NCBI GenBank assembly: GCA_963743525.1
Contig: CAVUQH010000003.1
Location: 896,001 to 960,000, forward strand
Direction of reading: 5' to 3'
Length of the DNA stretch: 64,000 bases
Source: an uncultured delta proteobacterium
Lineage (GTDB): Bacteria > Myxococcota_A > Polyangia > Haliangiales > Haliangiaceae
Of this stretch, positions 50,842 through 64,000 are shown piece by piece; position 1 is the first letter of the stretch; each line of letters starts with the position of its first letter. The notes beneath the pieces were generated by a model, which did no database searches, was not told the DNA's origin, and saw nothing but the letters and a program-made list of their open reading frames with translations. Made by a program: the position numbers and the translations under genes.

Positions 50842-52827
50842 GTGCGCAACGCGCTGGCTCACGCCGGGCGCGCGCGGTGGCCGCTGGCGGTCGCCGGCGT
50901 GGTCGGCCTCGTCTATCTCGCCCGGCTGGGCTCGTTCGGCTTTTGGGATCCGCACGAGCTCGACGTCGCCAGCGGCGGCGCCGGCGTCAACGGCTGGCTG
51001 GCACACCTGGGCGCCGCCCTGGGCCAGGGCGAGGCGGCGGCGCGGCTGCCGTCGGCGCTGCTCGGCCTGGCGGCGGTGGCGATCGTCTTCGTCTGGGCGG
51101 CGCGGGTCGCCGGCCGGCGGGTCGGCGGGATCGCTGCGCTGCTGTGCGCATCGGCGCCGCTGGTGCTGCTCGAGTCGCGGCAGCTGGTCGGCGATGTCGG
51201 CGGTCTGGCCGGGGCGACCGCGGCCGTCGCCGGTGCCTGCCTGGCGCTGGCGCCGCGCGGCCGTCGCGATCGGCTGGCCGCCGCGCTGCTGGTACCGCTC
51301 GGCGCGGTGCTGGCGTACGCGTCGGCCGGCGCGGTCCTCGGCGTGGCGGTGCCGGCGGCTGCGATCGCCGCCGGTGCGGCCGCCATCGGTCGTCGCCGCG
51401 CGGCCGCCGCCGTGGCCGGGCTCGCGGTCGTCGCCATCGCCGCCGCCGTGTGGGGCCCGGCGTCGCTCGGTCCCCACGGCCCGCAACCGGCGCAGCCGCG
51501 CTGGGATCTCCTGGTCGAGCAGGTCGCCTACGGCGGCTTCCCATGGATCGCGCTGGCGCCGCTGGCGCTGGTCCGCGGCATCGACGCACCCGGCGCCGCG
51601 CCGGAGCGACGGATGGCCGGCTGGGTCGTCTTCGTCTGGGTCGTCGGCGCCTGGGTCGCCGGCACCGTGTTGACCCTGACCGTCGGCCCGACTCGTCTGG
51701 CCGCGCTGCCGGCCGCGGCGCTGGCGGTTGCGCTGTGGCTCGACGACAGCGCGTGCGGGCGCCACCGTCCCGCGGCCGGCGCGATCGTCACGGCGGCCCT
51801 GGTGGCGGCGCTGCTCGGCCGCGACCTGTACGCCTTTCCCGATCGCATCGCCACGCTGCACACCGGCGTCGCGGTGGCCAACGCCGGCGCCGTCGGCGGG
51901 TTGCACGTCGTGCCGCTGGTGGCTGCGCTGCTGTTCGTCGCCGGCGTCGCCGCCGCCGCGAGTAGCCGCGCGCGGCTGCGCCGGGTCGGGCTGGGCGCCG
52001 CGCTGGCGACCTGCGTCGCCTTTGCCGCGGTGGTCGCCCAGCTGTGGATCCCGCGGGTGTCGCGGCAGCTGTCGGCCCGCGCGCTGATCGATCGCTATCG
52101 CGAGCTGGCCGGGCCGGACGAGCCGCTGGCAGTGCTCGGCGTGTCGCCGCGCGCGGCGTCGTTCTACGCCCCCGGCGCCCGGCGGGTGGGCAACGAAGGG
52201 CAGGCGGTCGATCTGCTCGCCGGCGGTGGCCGCGCCTTCGCCATCGTCCCCGACCGCGCTCGCTGCAGCGTCTTTCAGGCACTGCGGGCCCGGGGCGGCG
52301 AGCTGGCGCTGATCGACCGCAGTCGCGCCCTGGCGCTGGTGTCCAACCGCAGCCTGCCCGGCGAACCGCGGCTGCCCGGTCTGGCCGCGTCGATCTCCCG
52401 CCACCCGCCGCAGCCGTCGCGCGCGGTCCACGCGCGGCTCGAGGACGGCCTCGAGCTGATCGGCGCCGACCTCCCGGCGCGGGTCGGCGCCGGCGACCGC
52501 TTTCGCCTGACCCTCTACTTCCGTGTCTACGCCCGGCCGAGCCGGCGCTGGGAGATCTTCGCCCACTTCGACCGCGGCGGCCTGCGCTTCCAGGGCGATC
52601 ACTGGCCACTCGACGACGCCTGTTCGACCCAGCGCTGGCAGCCCGGCGACTACGTCACCGACACCGTCACCGTCACCGCCGGCGACCTGACCTTTGCCCG
52701 CGGCGCCTACCGGGTGTGGATCGGCTTCTTCGTCGGCTCCAACGGCCACTGGACCAACATGCGCGTCACCGCCGGCGACGCCGACGACGCCAACCGCATC
52801 GCGGTCGGCACCATGGAGGTGCGCTGA
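50842..52827 (+). CDS. ArnT/PMT-like (GT-C, family 39/83) membrane glycosyltransferase, divergent
   Basis: LGSFGFWDPHE, ARLPSALLG, multiple TMs, C-terminal soluble domain (IFAHFD..GDH..W.PGD.V.D). Confidence 0.7.
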   Translation: MRNALAHAGRARWPLAVAGVVGLVYLARLGSFGFWDPHELDVASGGAGVNGWLAHLGAALGQGEAAARLPSALLGLAAVAIVFVWAARVAGRRVGGIAALLCASAPLVLLESRQLVGDVGGLAGATAAVAGACLALAPRGRRDRLAAALLVPLGAVLAYASAGAVLGVAVPAAAIAAGAAAIGRRRAAAAVAGLAVVAIAAAVWGPASLGPHGPQPAQPRWDLLVEQVAYGGFPWIALAPLALVRGIDAPGAAPERRMAGWVVFVWVVGAWVAGTVLTLTVGPTRLAALPAAALAVALWLDDSACGRHRPAAGAIVTAALVAALLGRDLYAFPDRIATLHTGVAVANAGAVGGLHVVPLVAALLFVAGVAAAASSRARLRRVGLGAALATCVAFAAVVAQLWIPRVSRQLSARALIDRYRELAGPDEPLAVLGVSPRAASFYAPGARRVGNEGQAVDLLAGGGRAFAIVPDRARCSVFQALRARGGELALIDRSRALALVSNRSLPGEPRLPGLAASISRHPPQPSRAVHARLEDGLELIGADLPARVGAGDRFRLTLYFRVYARPSRRWEIFAHFDRGGLRFQGDHWPLDDACSTQRWQPGDYVTDTVTVTAGDLTFARGAYRVWIGFFVGSNGHWTNMRVTAGDADDANRIAVGTMEVR

Positions 52828-55094
52828 TGGAGGTGGAGACGCCGCGGCCGATCCGCTGGGGCGAGCTGGCGCTGGCGTTCGCCGTCGCCTGCGCGCTGCT
52901 GCTGCCGGGGTTGTGGGGGCACACGTTGATCGACCCGTGGGAAGGCCACTACGCCGAGGTCGGGCGGCGCATCCTGGTCAACCACGACTGGGTCCATCTG
53001 CACTGGGACAACGAGGCCTTCCGCTCCAAGCCGGCGCTGACGCCGTGGCTCATCGCCGCCAGCCTGCGCGTCCACGGCCTCGGCGCCAGCTGGTCCGGCG
53101 AGATGGTGTCAACGCCGCTGGTCATGTGGGCGGTGCGCTTGCCGTTTGCTCTGTTCGCCGCCGGCGGCCTGCTGTCGGTGTGGGCGATGCTGGCGCGGCT
53201 GGTGTCGCGCCGCGCGGCCTGGCTGGGGCTGTTCGCCCTGGCCGGCATGCCGTTCTATCTGCTCGTCGGCCGCCAGGCGATCACCGACATGCCGATGGTC
53301 GCGACCACCACCGGCGCGCTGGCACTGCTGGCCTTGGCGGTGTGCGACGGCGAGGCGCCGCTCCGCCGCGGGCGCGCGCGACTGACCGCTCACCACCTGG
53401 TGCTGGCCGCCATCGGCGCCGTCGTCGCCGTGCAGGTGGTCTACATGACCAGCTACTTCGTCGTCCGCCCGCAGCCCGGTGCCGGCGTGCCGCTGCGCCA
53501 CCTGGCGCTGTGGATGTCGCTGCCGTTCGTCATCGGCTTCGCCGCGGTGGTCGTGCTGACGTGCGTCGTCTGGCCGGCGCGCCGGCGGCGCGATGCGTAT
53601 CTACTGGCCGCGTACGCGTTGCTCGGCGTCGGCGTCCTGGGCAAGGGCCCGCCCGGCGCCGCGCTGGCGTTCGTCGTCTGCGCGCTGTACATCGTCGCCA
53701 CCGGGCGCTGGCGCCTCTTGCGCGAGCTGCGAATCGTCGAGGGCACCCTGGTGGCGCTGCTGGTCGCCGCGCCGTGGCACCTGGCGATGTGGATGCGCGA
53801 GGGCCAGCCGTTCCTCCACGAATATTTCGTCTACAACTGGTTCGAGCGCGCCGAGCAGGGCGTGCACCAGGTCAACCGCCCGGGCTCGGGCACGCTGTCG
53901 TACTACCTGCACGCCCTCGGTCTGGGCATGTGGCCCCTCATCGCCGCCGTGCCCGCGTCACTGGTCGCCGCCGCGCGCACGCGGCCGCGCACGCCCGCCG
54001 ATCACGTGCGCCTGCTGGCGCTGTTGTGGGCGGTCGCCGGGCTGGTGTTGTTCACCGCCTTCCGCACCAAGTTCCATCACTACATCCTGCCGGCGGTGCC
54101 CGGCTTCGCCGTGCTGGTGGCGCTGTGGCTCGACGATGTCGCCGGCGGCCGCGCCCGCCTGCTGCCGCCGCTGGTCATCGCCGGCGTCGCCATCACCCTG
54201 CTGATCAGCTGGGAAGTCGCCGGCCACCAGCAGCGCATCATCGAGCTGTTCATCTATCGCTACGATCGTCCGTGGCCGTCGGCGGCGCCGTGGCACGTCA
54301 ACCTGTCGCGCGGGCTGTGGGCCTGCGGTCTCGCCAGCGCCGCCGCCGCCCTGACGCTGTGCGTGCCGCGCTGGCGGCGCGTCGCGCCGATCGCCGTGGT
54401 CGCGGTCGCGTGCGCGAGCTCGCTCTACCTGGCCAACCGCTACATGGCCGCCGCCGGCCCGCACTGGGGGCAGCGCCACCTGCAGCGGACCTACTATCGC
54501 GAGCGGGCGATCCACGGCGCGCGCCTTCACTACGCGACCGCCGCCGACCTGGCCGGCGACTGGCCGCCCGGCGACCGCGACCTGGTGCTCGAGACGTTCG
54601 TCCCCGACGAGCTGGCCGCCGGCGCGCCGATGACCATCACCGTCGAGGCCGGCGATCAACGGGCCGAGCTGCGCGGCACGGTGAGCTCGATCGATGGCCA
54701 CCGTGTGCACGTGCAGCTGCCCGCCGCCGACACCGCCCGCGCCCGCGCGCTGGCGCCGAGTGCGGCGCGGGGCACGAGCGGTCCGCTGTGGACGCAGATC
54801 GAGGCCGACCGGCTGATCGCCTTCGACCTGTTCTGGCGCAGTGAGATCTTCTGGACCGGCGGCGAGCTGCGCGGCCACACCGACGACGCCCGCACCGAGT
54901 TCCGGCCCGGCGACGACGCCCGCTTCCGCGCCTACCTCGCGCGCCCCGACAGCCGCGGCCGCCGCTTCTTCGCCATCACCATTCGCGGCGGCGAGAACCG
55001 CCTGCGCACGATGCTCCCCGCCACCGCGCGCGCCTCCCTCACCGTCGAGGACGACACGTCGAACAAGTACATCCTGGTGTCGTTCGAGCTGTGA
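52827..55094 (+). CDS. ArnT-like (GT-C) membrane glycosyltransferase
   Basis: LIDPWEGHYAEV, SKP.L..W, RLPFAL, RQAITDMP, LGKGP, APWH, TKFHHYILP; start overlaps the upstream stop. Confidence 0.85.
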   Translation: MEVETPRPIRWGELALAFAVACALLLPGLWGHTLIDPWEGHYAEVGRRILVNHDWVHLHWDNEAFRSKPALTPWLIAASLRVHGLGASWSGEMVSTPLVMWAVRLPFALFAAGGLLSVWAMLARLVSRRAAWLGLFALAGMPFYLLVGRQAITDMPMVATTTGALALLALAVCDGEAPLRRGRARLTAHHLVLAAIGAVVAVQVVYMTSYFVVRPQPGAGVPLRHLALWMSLPFVIGFAAVVVLTCVVWPARRRRDAYLLAAYALLGVGVLGKGPPGAALAFVVCALYIVATGRWRLLRELRIVEGTLVALLVAAPWHLAMWMREGQPFLHEYFVYNWFERAEQGVHQVNRPGSGTLSYYLHALGLGMWPLIAAVPASLVAAARTRPRTPADHVRLLALLWAVAGLVLFTAFRTKFHHYILPAVPGFAVLVALWLDDVAGGRARLLPPLVIAGVAITLLISWEVAGHQQRIIELFIYRYDRPWPSAAPWHVNLSRGLWACGLASAAAALTLCVPRWRRVAPIAVVAVACASSLYLANRYMAAAGPHWGQRHLQRTYYRERAIHGARLHYATAADLAGDWPPGDRDLVLETFVPDELAAGAPMTITVEAGDQRAELRGTVSSIDGHRVHVQLPAADTARARALAPSAARGTSGPLWTQIEADRLIAFDLFWRSEIFWTGGELRGHTDDARTEFRPGDDARFRAYLARPDSRGRRFFAITIRGGENRLRTMLPATARASLTVEDDTSNKYILVSFEL

Positions 55095-55853
55095 TTACTC
55101 GGCGGTCAGCGACGCGCCGATCGCCTCGGTCAGTGACTCGACCACGTCGTCGATGCTCTTGCCGTGGGTGTCGACCACATGATGCGCCGTGGCGTAGAGC
55201 GGCTCGCGCGCGGCCAGCAGGGCGCGGAGCTCGCTGAAGGCGTGCGGGTTCTTGGCCATCGGCCGGGCGTCGCCCTGCTGGATGACCCGGTTCCAGTGAT
55301 CTTCCGGGCGGGCGCGCAGCCAGACGGTGCTGGTGCGCTCGCGCAGCAGCGCGAAGTTCTCGCGGTCGTTGACGATCGAGCCGCCGGTCGCCAGCACCAG
55401 CGCATGCGGGTCGGCCAGCAGGCGAGTCAGCACCTCGCGCTCGAGCCGGCGGTAGTAGGCCTCGCCGTGGAGCTCGAAGATCTCCGACAGCGACAGTCCC
55501 GCGCTCTGCTCGATGCGGTTGTCGACCTCGACGAACGGGACGCCGTGGCGCTCGGCCAGGCGCAGGCCGACGCTCGACTTGCCGGCGCCGCGGACGCCGA
55601 GCAGGGCGATGACGGTGTTGCCGGTCCTCGGGGCCGAGGCGCCGGCCAGGAGCTCGGCCGGGGTGGTCCCCAGGGCCTCCGCCACATCGGCGAAGCGCAG
55701 CAGTGAAATATTGCCGCGGCCGGCCTCGAGCTGCGCCAGGAATCGCTCCGAAACACCAGAAATTTCAGACAGCTGGCGCCTTGCCAGCCCCTGGCGTTCG
55801 CGCAGAGCCCGGACCCGGGCGCCGACCGTGGTGAGAAGCGAGTGGTGCTTCAT
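55095..55853 (-). CDS. boxR: BoxR/BzdR-type regulator (XRE HTH fused to shikimate-kinase-like domain)
   Basis: SGVSERFLAQLEAGRGNIS HTH; LLGVRGAGKSSVG P-loop; HGEAYYRRLE; QGD.RPM; divergent from boxCB. Confidence 0.88.
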   Translation of the reverse strand: MKHHSLLTTVGARVRALRERQGLARRQLSEISGVSERFLAQLEAGRGNISLLRFADVAEALGTTPAELLAGASAPRTGNTVIALLGVRGAGKSSVGLRLAERHGVPFVEVDNRIEQSAGLSLSEIFELHGEAYYRRLEREVLTRLLADPHALVLATGGSIVNDRENFALLRERTSTVWLRARPEDHWNRVIQQGDARPMAKNPHAFSELRALLAAREPLYATAHHVVDTHGKSIDDVVESLTEAIGASLTAE

Positions 55854-55937
55854 TTCGGCGAACTATACTGCCGGGCATGCGCCAAGTCCAGAAGTAAACT
55901 GCTTGCCCGACGGGCCTCTTTCGTGTAGGACACAGCC

Positions 55938-57584
<1,647 letters not shown>

Positions 57585-57619
57585 GACGCGACGCAGGAAG
57601 GACCCAGAGGTAATCGACG

Positions 57620-59041
<1,422 letters not shown>

Positions 59042-59062
59042 AAGTAAGAGTGATTACCGCAC

Positions 59063-59095
59063 AATGGCCCGCGGGGGAGCTCGCGGGCCATTTTG
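59063..59095 (+). terminator. Rho-independent terminator after boxB
   Basis: AATGGCCCGCG ... CGCGGGCCATT hairpin followed by TTG. Confidence 0.65.
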
Positions 59096-59273
59096 CGTGG
59101 TCCAAACGTAGCGAATCCGGAATCTCCTGGGTTACCGTCCGCTTGCCGCTAGCGAGAAGGCGGCGGCACTTTCGGCAAACAGGGGTGTAAGACCGGAAAT
59201 CGCGCTGCGTTTGGTCGTGGCACCCCGAGTGTCTTGTCCGTCAACTTGGATAGAAGGATCTTAAGGAGCAAAC

Positions 59274-59573
59274 ATGCGAGTCCTGCGAGCTGTCGTTCTT
59301 GCGATCGGTATGATGGGTCTTGCCGCCTCGGCGGCTGCCTGTGGTGGTTCCTCGAAGGGCGCTGATGAGCCCAAGAACCCCTGCGCTGGCGCGGCTGGTG
59401 ACACCACCGCCAACCCCTGCGCCGGTGGCGACACCACTGCCAACCCCTGCAACCCCTGCGCTGGTGGCGATTCGACCGCCAATCCCTGCGGCGGTGGCGA
59501 CGAGAACCCGTGCGCCGGTGGGGATTCGAACCCCTGCGGTGGCGGCGACGAGAACCCCTGCGGCGACTGGTAG
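59274..59573 (+). CDS. Small lipoprotein with eight Asn-Pro-Cys repeats
   Basis: TAAGGAG RBS; lipobox AAAC; NPC x8 separated by G/A/D/T/E/S linkers; own terminator. Confidence 0.85.
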   Translation: MRVLRAVVLAIGMMGLAASAAACGGSSKGADEPKNPCAGAAGDTTANPCAGGDTTANPCNPCAGGDSTANPCGGGDENPCAGGDSNPCGGGDENPCGDW

Positions 59574-59600
59574 TCCCAGCCAAAGCAATCGAAACAAGCA

Positions 59601-59637
59601 GCGGGACGTGGCCTACGCCACGTCCCGTTCGCTTTTT
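59601..59637 (+). terminator. Rho-independent terminator
   Basis: GCGGGACGTGGC-CTAC-GCCACGTCCCGT followed by TCGCTTTTT. Confidence 0.75.
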
Positions 59638-59671
59638 CGGCCCTGTCCGGGCCCGGGGGTATGATCGGGCC

Positions 59672-60487
59672 ATGGAGCGGCGGCAGCTAGGCCGCACCGG
59701 CATCGAGGTGCCGGTGATCGGACTGGGGACCTACAAGGTCTTTCACGTCCACGGAGATGCTGCGATCGCCCGCTGCGAGGCGGTGGTGGACGCCGCCATC
59801 GCCGAGGGAGCCAATCTGTTCGATTCCTCGCCGATGTACGGTGAGGCCGAGGGGGTCCTGGCCCGCTGCCTGGAGGATCGCCGGGACGAGGCGATCGTCG
59901 CGACCAAGGTCTGGGCGCGGATCCGGTCGCTGGGCGAGGCGCAGATCGAGCAGGCTCTCGACTGGTTCGAGCGGGTCAACCTGTACCAGGTGCACAACCT
60001 GCTCGCGCTCGACGACCATCTGCCGTATCTGCGCCACCTCAAGGAGGCCGGCCGGGTCGGCGCCATCGGCGTGACCCACTACCTGCCATCGCGCATCCCC
60101 GACCTGCTCGAGCTGATGCGCGGCGGCCAGATCGACGCCGTCCAGGTGCCGTATCACCCGGGCGAGCGCAGCATCGAGAACCAGCTCCTGCCCGAGGCCG
60201 ACGATTCGGGCATCGGCGTCGTCATCATGTCGCCGCTCGGCTCCGGCCGGCTCATGGAGCGGCGGCCGGAGGCGTCCGCCCTGGCGCCGCTGGCCCGCTT
60301 CGGCGTCTTCACCTGGGCCCAGGCGCTGCTCAAGTGGATCGCCAGCGACCCGCGGGTGTCCGCGGTCATCCCGGCGACGTCCAGCGCCGACCGCATGCGC
60401 GAAAACGCCGCGGCCGGCGCGCCACCGTTCTTCACCGGCGAGGAGCGGACCTACGTCCGCCGCCTGTTCGACGACCTCTGGGCCTGA
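59672..60487 (+). CDS. Aldo/keto reductase
   Basis: [42 protein letters not shown]....EN. Confidence 0.92.
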   Translation: MERRQLGRTGIEVPVIGLGTYKVFHVHGDAAIARCEAVVDAAIAEGANLFDSSPMYGEAEGVLARCLEDRRDEAIVATKVWARIRSLGEAQIEQALDWFERVNLYQVHNLLALDDHLPYLRHLKEAGRVGAIGVTHYLPSRIPDLLELMRGGQIDAVQVPYHPGERSIENQLLPEADDSGIGVVIMSPLGSGRLMERRPEASALAPLARFGVFTWAQALLKWIASDPRVSAVIPATSSADRMRENAAAGAPPFFTGEERTYVRRLFDDLWA

Positions 60488-60496
60488 GCCCGGCGG

Positions 60497-61189
60497 CTAC
60501 TGGTACTTGGCGATCGACGACTTGGTGATCTCTTCGATGGCGGTCTTGGCGCAGGCGCTGGGAATCTCGGGTCCCGTCACGCTGGGCCCGCCGAGGACGT
60601 CGAGATAGCAGCCGGTGTCGGGCTCGAAGAACTTGTACCGGTAGGCGTCGCGCTCGGCGCGCTGGCTCTGCTGCACGCAGGCGAACACACCCAGATCGCG
60701 ATTGCCCGAGTGCTGCGGCATCGTCCGGCACTTGCTCTCGAAATCCTTCTGCGCCGGGCGGCCGCAGTCGACGCGGACCTCGCAGTAGACGTCGCCGGGC
60801 AGGGTGCCCAGGCGCTCGGTCTTGGCCGACATCTTCTTCTGCTCTTCGGCGCTGGGCCGCTCGCCCTCGCGGAGGAACTCGCAGATGGCGTTCACGCCCG
60901 GCTGGCGGCGGGTCTGCTGCCGCTGGTCGAGCTGGCGCATCCGCACCTTGTCGGGCAACCCGGTGGCGAACTTGTCCGGGTCGGGGAACAGGTCGCTGCA
61001 CTCGATGTATTTGCCGCCCTTGACCGGGACCGGCACCTCGACCACCTCGGAAGCCGCGCCCGCGGTCTTTTCCTTCAGGGTCTTGCGCGCCTGCTCCTCG
61101 GCGTACTTCTTGGCCGCCTCGTCATCGTTCGAGCAACCGACCTGAGCGAAAAGCACCGCGCACGCGGCGATGACGAATCCAAAACGCAT
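60497..61189 (-). CDS. Hypothetical Cys-containing lipoprotein
   Basis: GGGAGG RBS; MRFGFVIAACAVLFAQVGC lipobox. Confidence 0.75.
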   Translation of the reverse strand: MRFGFVIAACAVLFAQVGCSNDDEAAKKYAEEQARKTLKEKTAGAASEVVEVPVPVKGGKYIECSDLFPDPDKFATGLPDKVRMRQLDQRQQTRRQPGVNAICEFLREGERPSAEEQKKMSAKTERLGTLPGDVYCEVRVDCGRPAQKDFESKCRTMPQHSGNRDLGVFACVQQSQRAERDAYRYKFFEPDTGCYLDVLGGPSVTGPEIPSACAKTAIEEITKSSIAKYQ

Positions 61190-61251
61190 GCGTTCCTCCC
61201 GTGTGAAGTGCGCGGACCATACCACGGGCGCCGCGGCCGCCGGGGCGGCGG

Positions 61252-62017
61252 TCAGCGACTGCCATACGGGTCGAATACGTGCTCGGAGGTGCGGATTCTG
61301 GTTGAGCGCCGCCAGCTCTTCGCGGCTGAAGCCCTCGGGGCTTCCTTGGGGCAGCTCGCGGCGGACGAACTCCTCGATCGTCGCCCTCGCCTGGGCGCCG
61401 CCGGTGCGAAGCAGCTGGTTGCCGTGCTCGGCGCACTCGTCCCACAGGGCGAACAGCACCCGCCGCCGCAGCGCCGGGCTCCAGCCGTGATAGTCCCAGA
61501 CGTCGCCCAGGTAGCCGGGCAGCCGGCGCAGCGCCCGGGCCATCACCACCCGATCCGAGCGCATGCGCATGGCCGCTCGCTGCTCGAAGGTGCGCTCGAG
61601 GAAGCGCAGCTTCTCGGCCTGGTACGGGTCCTCGCCGGTCACCCGCATGACCAGGTCGGTGACGTCGAAGGTGCCGGCGGCCATGAGGAAGCCGGGCAGG
61701 ACCAGCACGTCGTCGGTGTGGATCCAGCTCTTGTCGTGGAAGTCGACGCTGCCGTCGGTGCGGACTCTGGCCTCGAACCCGGGGCTGTCCCAGTGGTAGG
61801 TGCCGTCGCCGCGGGGGACCATCTCGCCGGTGGTGTGCTCGGCCTCGCGCGGGCTCTCGGTCGGGTTGGGCATCGGCGCCAGGGCGCCGGGAACCGTGGT
61901 CTCGAGCGGCGGCTCGGCGTGCTGCCGCGGCCAGTGCACCCCCTGCGCCGAAGCGGCCCGTGGGCCCGCCACGACGCACGCCGCCAAAATGACGAGCTGC
62001 CAGGGGAGGGCGCGCAT
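61252..62017 (-). CDS. Hypothetical exported protein, one-base frameshift at ~61296
   Basis: Signal peptide; F.A.V..DGSV.F.D, FDVTD...G.DPY, LFALWDEC; corrected end LNQIRTSEHVFDPYGSR*. Confidence 0.7.
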
Positions 62018-62236
62018 GCGGTCGACAGCTGCAAACGCAGTTCCCGCCCGCGCCGGGGCGCAACCCCGCGAGAAACGGCCGGTGACCTGCCCGGCTGTGT
62101 CGCTCGCACCACAGCCCGCCGCTGGGGCTGCAGCGCTGGCGCCACGGTGAAAAACTGGTGGGGGTCGCCCCGTCGAGCCACAATAGCCCCCAGCGCGCGC
62201 ACGCCGGCAACGGGGGCCGGCGGCGGCGCAACTCCG

Positions 62237-64000
62237 ATGTCCCGAGCAGCGCGAAAGCGGCAGTCGTGGCGCGGCGGGCTGCGTCCGGGCGGACGAGCGC
62301 GCCTGGCGCTGCTGTGCACCGGCGTCGCCCTGGCCGCGGTGCTCCTGGCCGACGCGACCGGGGTGGTCGGCGCCCTCGACGCCAACCTGCGCAGGATCTA
62401 CTACGGAATCCGCGGCGCGCGCGACCGCGACGCCCGCGTCATCCTGGTCGCCATCGACGAGCACACCGTCGATGCCTGGGGCCCTCCGCCATGGGGCTGG
62501 GACCGCTACCAGACGCTGATCGACCGAATCGAGGCAGGCCGGCCGCGGCTGGTGGCCTTGCTCGAACCGGGACCGCGCGTCCTGCCCGATGCGCCGGTGC
62601 CGGGCAACCTGCGCGCGCGCGCGGCGACGGGCGGCAACCTGGTGCTGCCGCCCGTGGATCCCGGCTTTGGCCAGCCGCAGCTGGTCACCTCCACCCACGG
62701 CGTGGTCGAGGCGGTCTCCCTGGGCAGCGATCGGACCCTGGCCGGCCCGTCGATCACGCGCCAGGTGATCGAGCGCGCCGGGCTGCCGTTGCCCGCCGGC
62801 GACACCCTGGCGGTCAACTTCGCCGGGCCGCCGGACGCGCTGCCGACCCTGCCGGCTCACCGCGTCGCCTCGGGCGAAGTGCCGGCGCGGACCTTCCACA
62901 ATCGGATCGTCGTCATCGGTCTGCGCGGCGAGCGGTTCGCCCCGGTGGTGCCGACCCCGGTCGGCCCGATGTCACCGGTCGAGGTCCACGCCCACGCCCT
63001 GCTCGGGCTGGCCACCGGCGCCGCCTGGCATCCGCTGCCCGGCTGGGGGCTGGCGCTGGCCGGAGCGCTGTTGGCGCTGGTCTTCGCCCTGGCCTTGCCG
63101 CGCCTGGGCACCCGCCAGGCGATGGCGATCCTCACCGCCGAGGCGGCGCTGATCGTGATCGTCGACTATCTGTTGTTCGCCCACGCGGGGGTGCGCGCCG
63201 GGGCAGCGGCGCCATTGCTCGGCCTGGGCGCCGGCGCGACCACGGTGTGGATGATCGAGCGCAGGCGCGCCCAGCTCGAGCTGGCCCAGCTCAGCCGCTG
63301 GCTGACCGGCCGCCTGAGTCGCGACGCCTTCGGCCATACCGGCCACGAGAGCGACGAGGAGATGTGGCGCCGCTTCGCCACCTCCGCGCGCATCTACGTC
63401 GACTTCGACAGCGCGATCATCGCGCCGCTGCCGGAGCGCGCCTGGCACGTGCAGCTGAACGCCTTCGTCGGCACTCGCGCCGAGGAGATCAACGAGCCGC
63501 GCCGCGACGTCCGCCGCACGCCGTACAAGGACGCCTACCTCTTGCACCGGCCGATGTGGGCCAAGCGCCAGTTCATGAAGGATCCCGAGCTCAAGTCACT
63601 GATCGCCCCGCTGGTCGCGTTCGACCGCCTGCTCGGCATCTGGGTGGTCAACTTCCCCGGCGAGCGCGACGTGTCGGACGACGAGCTCGATCGGGTGCGC
63701 ATGCTGGCCGACCAGATCGCGGTCGCCGCCGCCCGTCGCCTGCTGTCCCGCGCCGCGCAGATCAATCGCGTCGACGGTGCCGGGCGCGGCACCGGCTACC
63801 TGGTCGATCGGATCGACGAGATGCGCCGCTGCGCTCTGGCGCTGGTTCACGAGCAGGCAGGCCTGGCCGATCTGTTCGCCGAGCTGCCGGTCGGAGTGTT
63901 GGTGGCGACCCTGTGGGGAGAGGTGCAGTTCGTCAACGAGGCGATGCATCGCTTCTTGCTCGCGGCCGAGCTCGACGAGCCGCGGCACCTGGGTCTGCCG
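62237..64000 (+). CDS. CHASE2-domain membrane sensor protein with GAF/PAS-like regions (3' truncated; absent from the ORF track)
   Basis: Manual translation from ATG 62237: TM, VILVAIDEHT..WGPPPW, IVVIG...TPVGPMSPVEVHAHAL, TMs, IAPLV..LLG.W, LFAELPVGVLV...G.V.FVN. Confidence 0.85.
   Translation, partial: MSRAARKRQSWRGGLRPGGRARLALLCTGVALAAVLLADATGVVGALDANLRRIYYGIRGARDRDARVILVAIDEHTVDAWGPPPWGWDRYQTLIDRIEAGRPRLVALLEPGPRVLPDAPVPGNLRARAATGGNLVLPPVDPGFGQPQLVTSTHGVVEAVSLGSDRTLAGPSITRQVIERAGLPLPAGDTLAVNFAGPPDALPTLPAHRVASGEVPARTFHNRIVVIGLRGERFAPVVPTPVGPMSPVEVHAHALLGLATGAAWHPLPGWGLALAGALLALVFALALPRLGTRQAMAILTAEAALIVIVDYLLFAHAGVRAGAAAPLLGLGAGATTVWMIERRRAQLELAQLSRWLTGRLSRDAFGHTGHESDEEMWRRFATSARIYVDFDSAIIAPLPERAWHVQLNAFVGTRAEEINEPRRDVRRTPYKDAYLLHRPMWAKRQFMKDPELKSLIAPLVAFDRLLGIWVVNFPGERDVSDDELDRVRMLADQIAVAAARRLLSRAAQINRVDGAGRGTGYLVDRIDEMRRCALALVHEQAGLADLFAELPVGVLVATLWGEVQFVNEAMHRFLLAAELDEPRHLGLP

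Noticed and set aside
59218..59233. TGGCAC-N5-GTGTC as a sigma-54 promoter for the NPC gene
   Set aside because: The -12 element lacks the conserved GC; too weak to call.
59274..59573. NPC-repeat protein as part of a RiPP gene cluster
   Set aside because: It has a lipoprotein signal peptide, and no maturase, dedicated protease or transporter is adjacent.
60497..62899. Apparent 800-aa minus-strand protein
   Set aside because: Joins an antisense shadow of the CHASE2 gene, a frameshifted gene and a separate lipoprotein that has its own RBS.

Overview
Very GC-rich bacterial chromosomal segment. The gene content (Hanks-type Ser/Thr kinases with PEGA domains, TPR proteins, Cys-rich lipoproteins, an MrpC-like CRP regulator) points by inference to a myxobacterium, probably Haliangium/Kofleriaceae-like. 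It holds about 55 genes, mostly housekeeping, metabolic or signalling: ettA, clpP, pruA, speA, HelD-like helicase, sfsA, nadA, TPP riboswitch-thiC, ligA, and a boxR-boxC-boxB benzoyl-CoA cluster lacking boxA. An accessory-looking region at 1-13 kb contains a polyglycine-hydrolase-like serine hydrolase, a compositionally atypical putative effector/immunity pair, and a diverged duplicate of a gene 3' end. Two clusters of palindromic intergenic repeats are present, plus a small lipoprotein with eight Asn-Pro-Cys repeats. Seven single-base frameshifts in six genes, and several Asp-to-Asn changes, fall at or beside GTCGAC or GATC. This suggests methylation-linked long-read consensus errors rather than true pseudogenes. 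No rRNA, tRNA, CRISPR array, integrase or transposase was recognised. Family assignments come from motif recognition by eye; no database searches were run.
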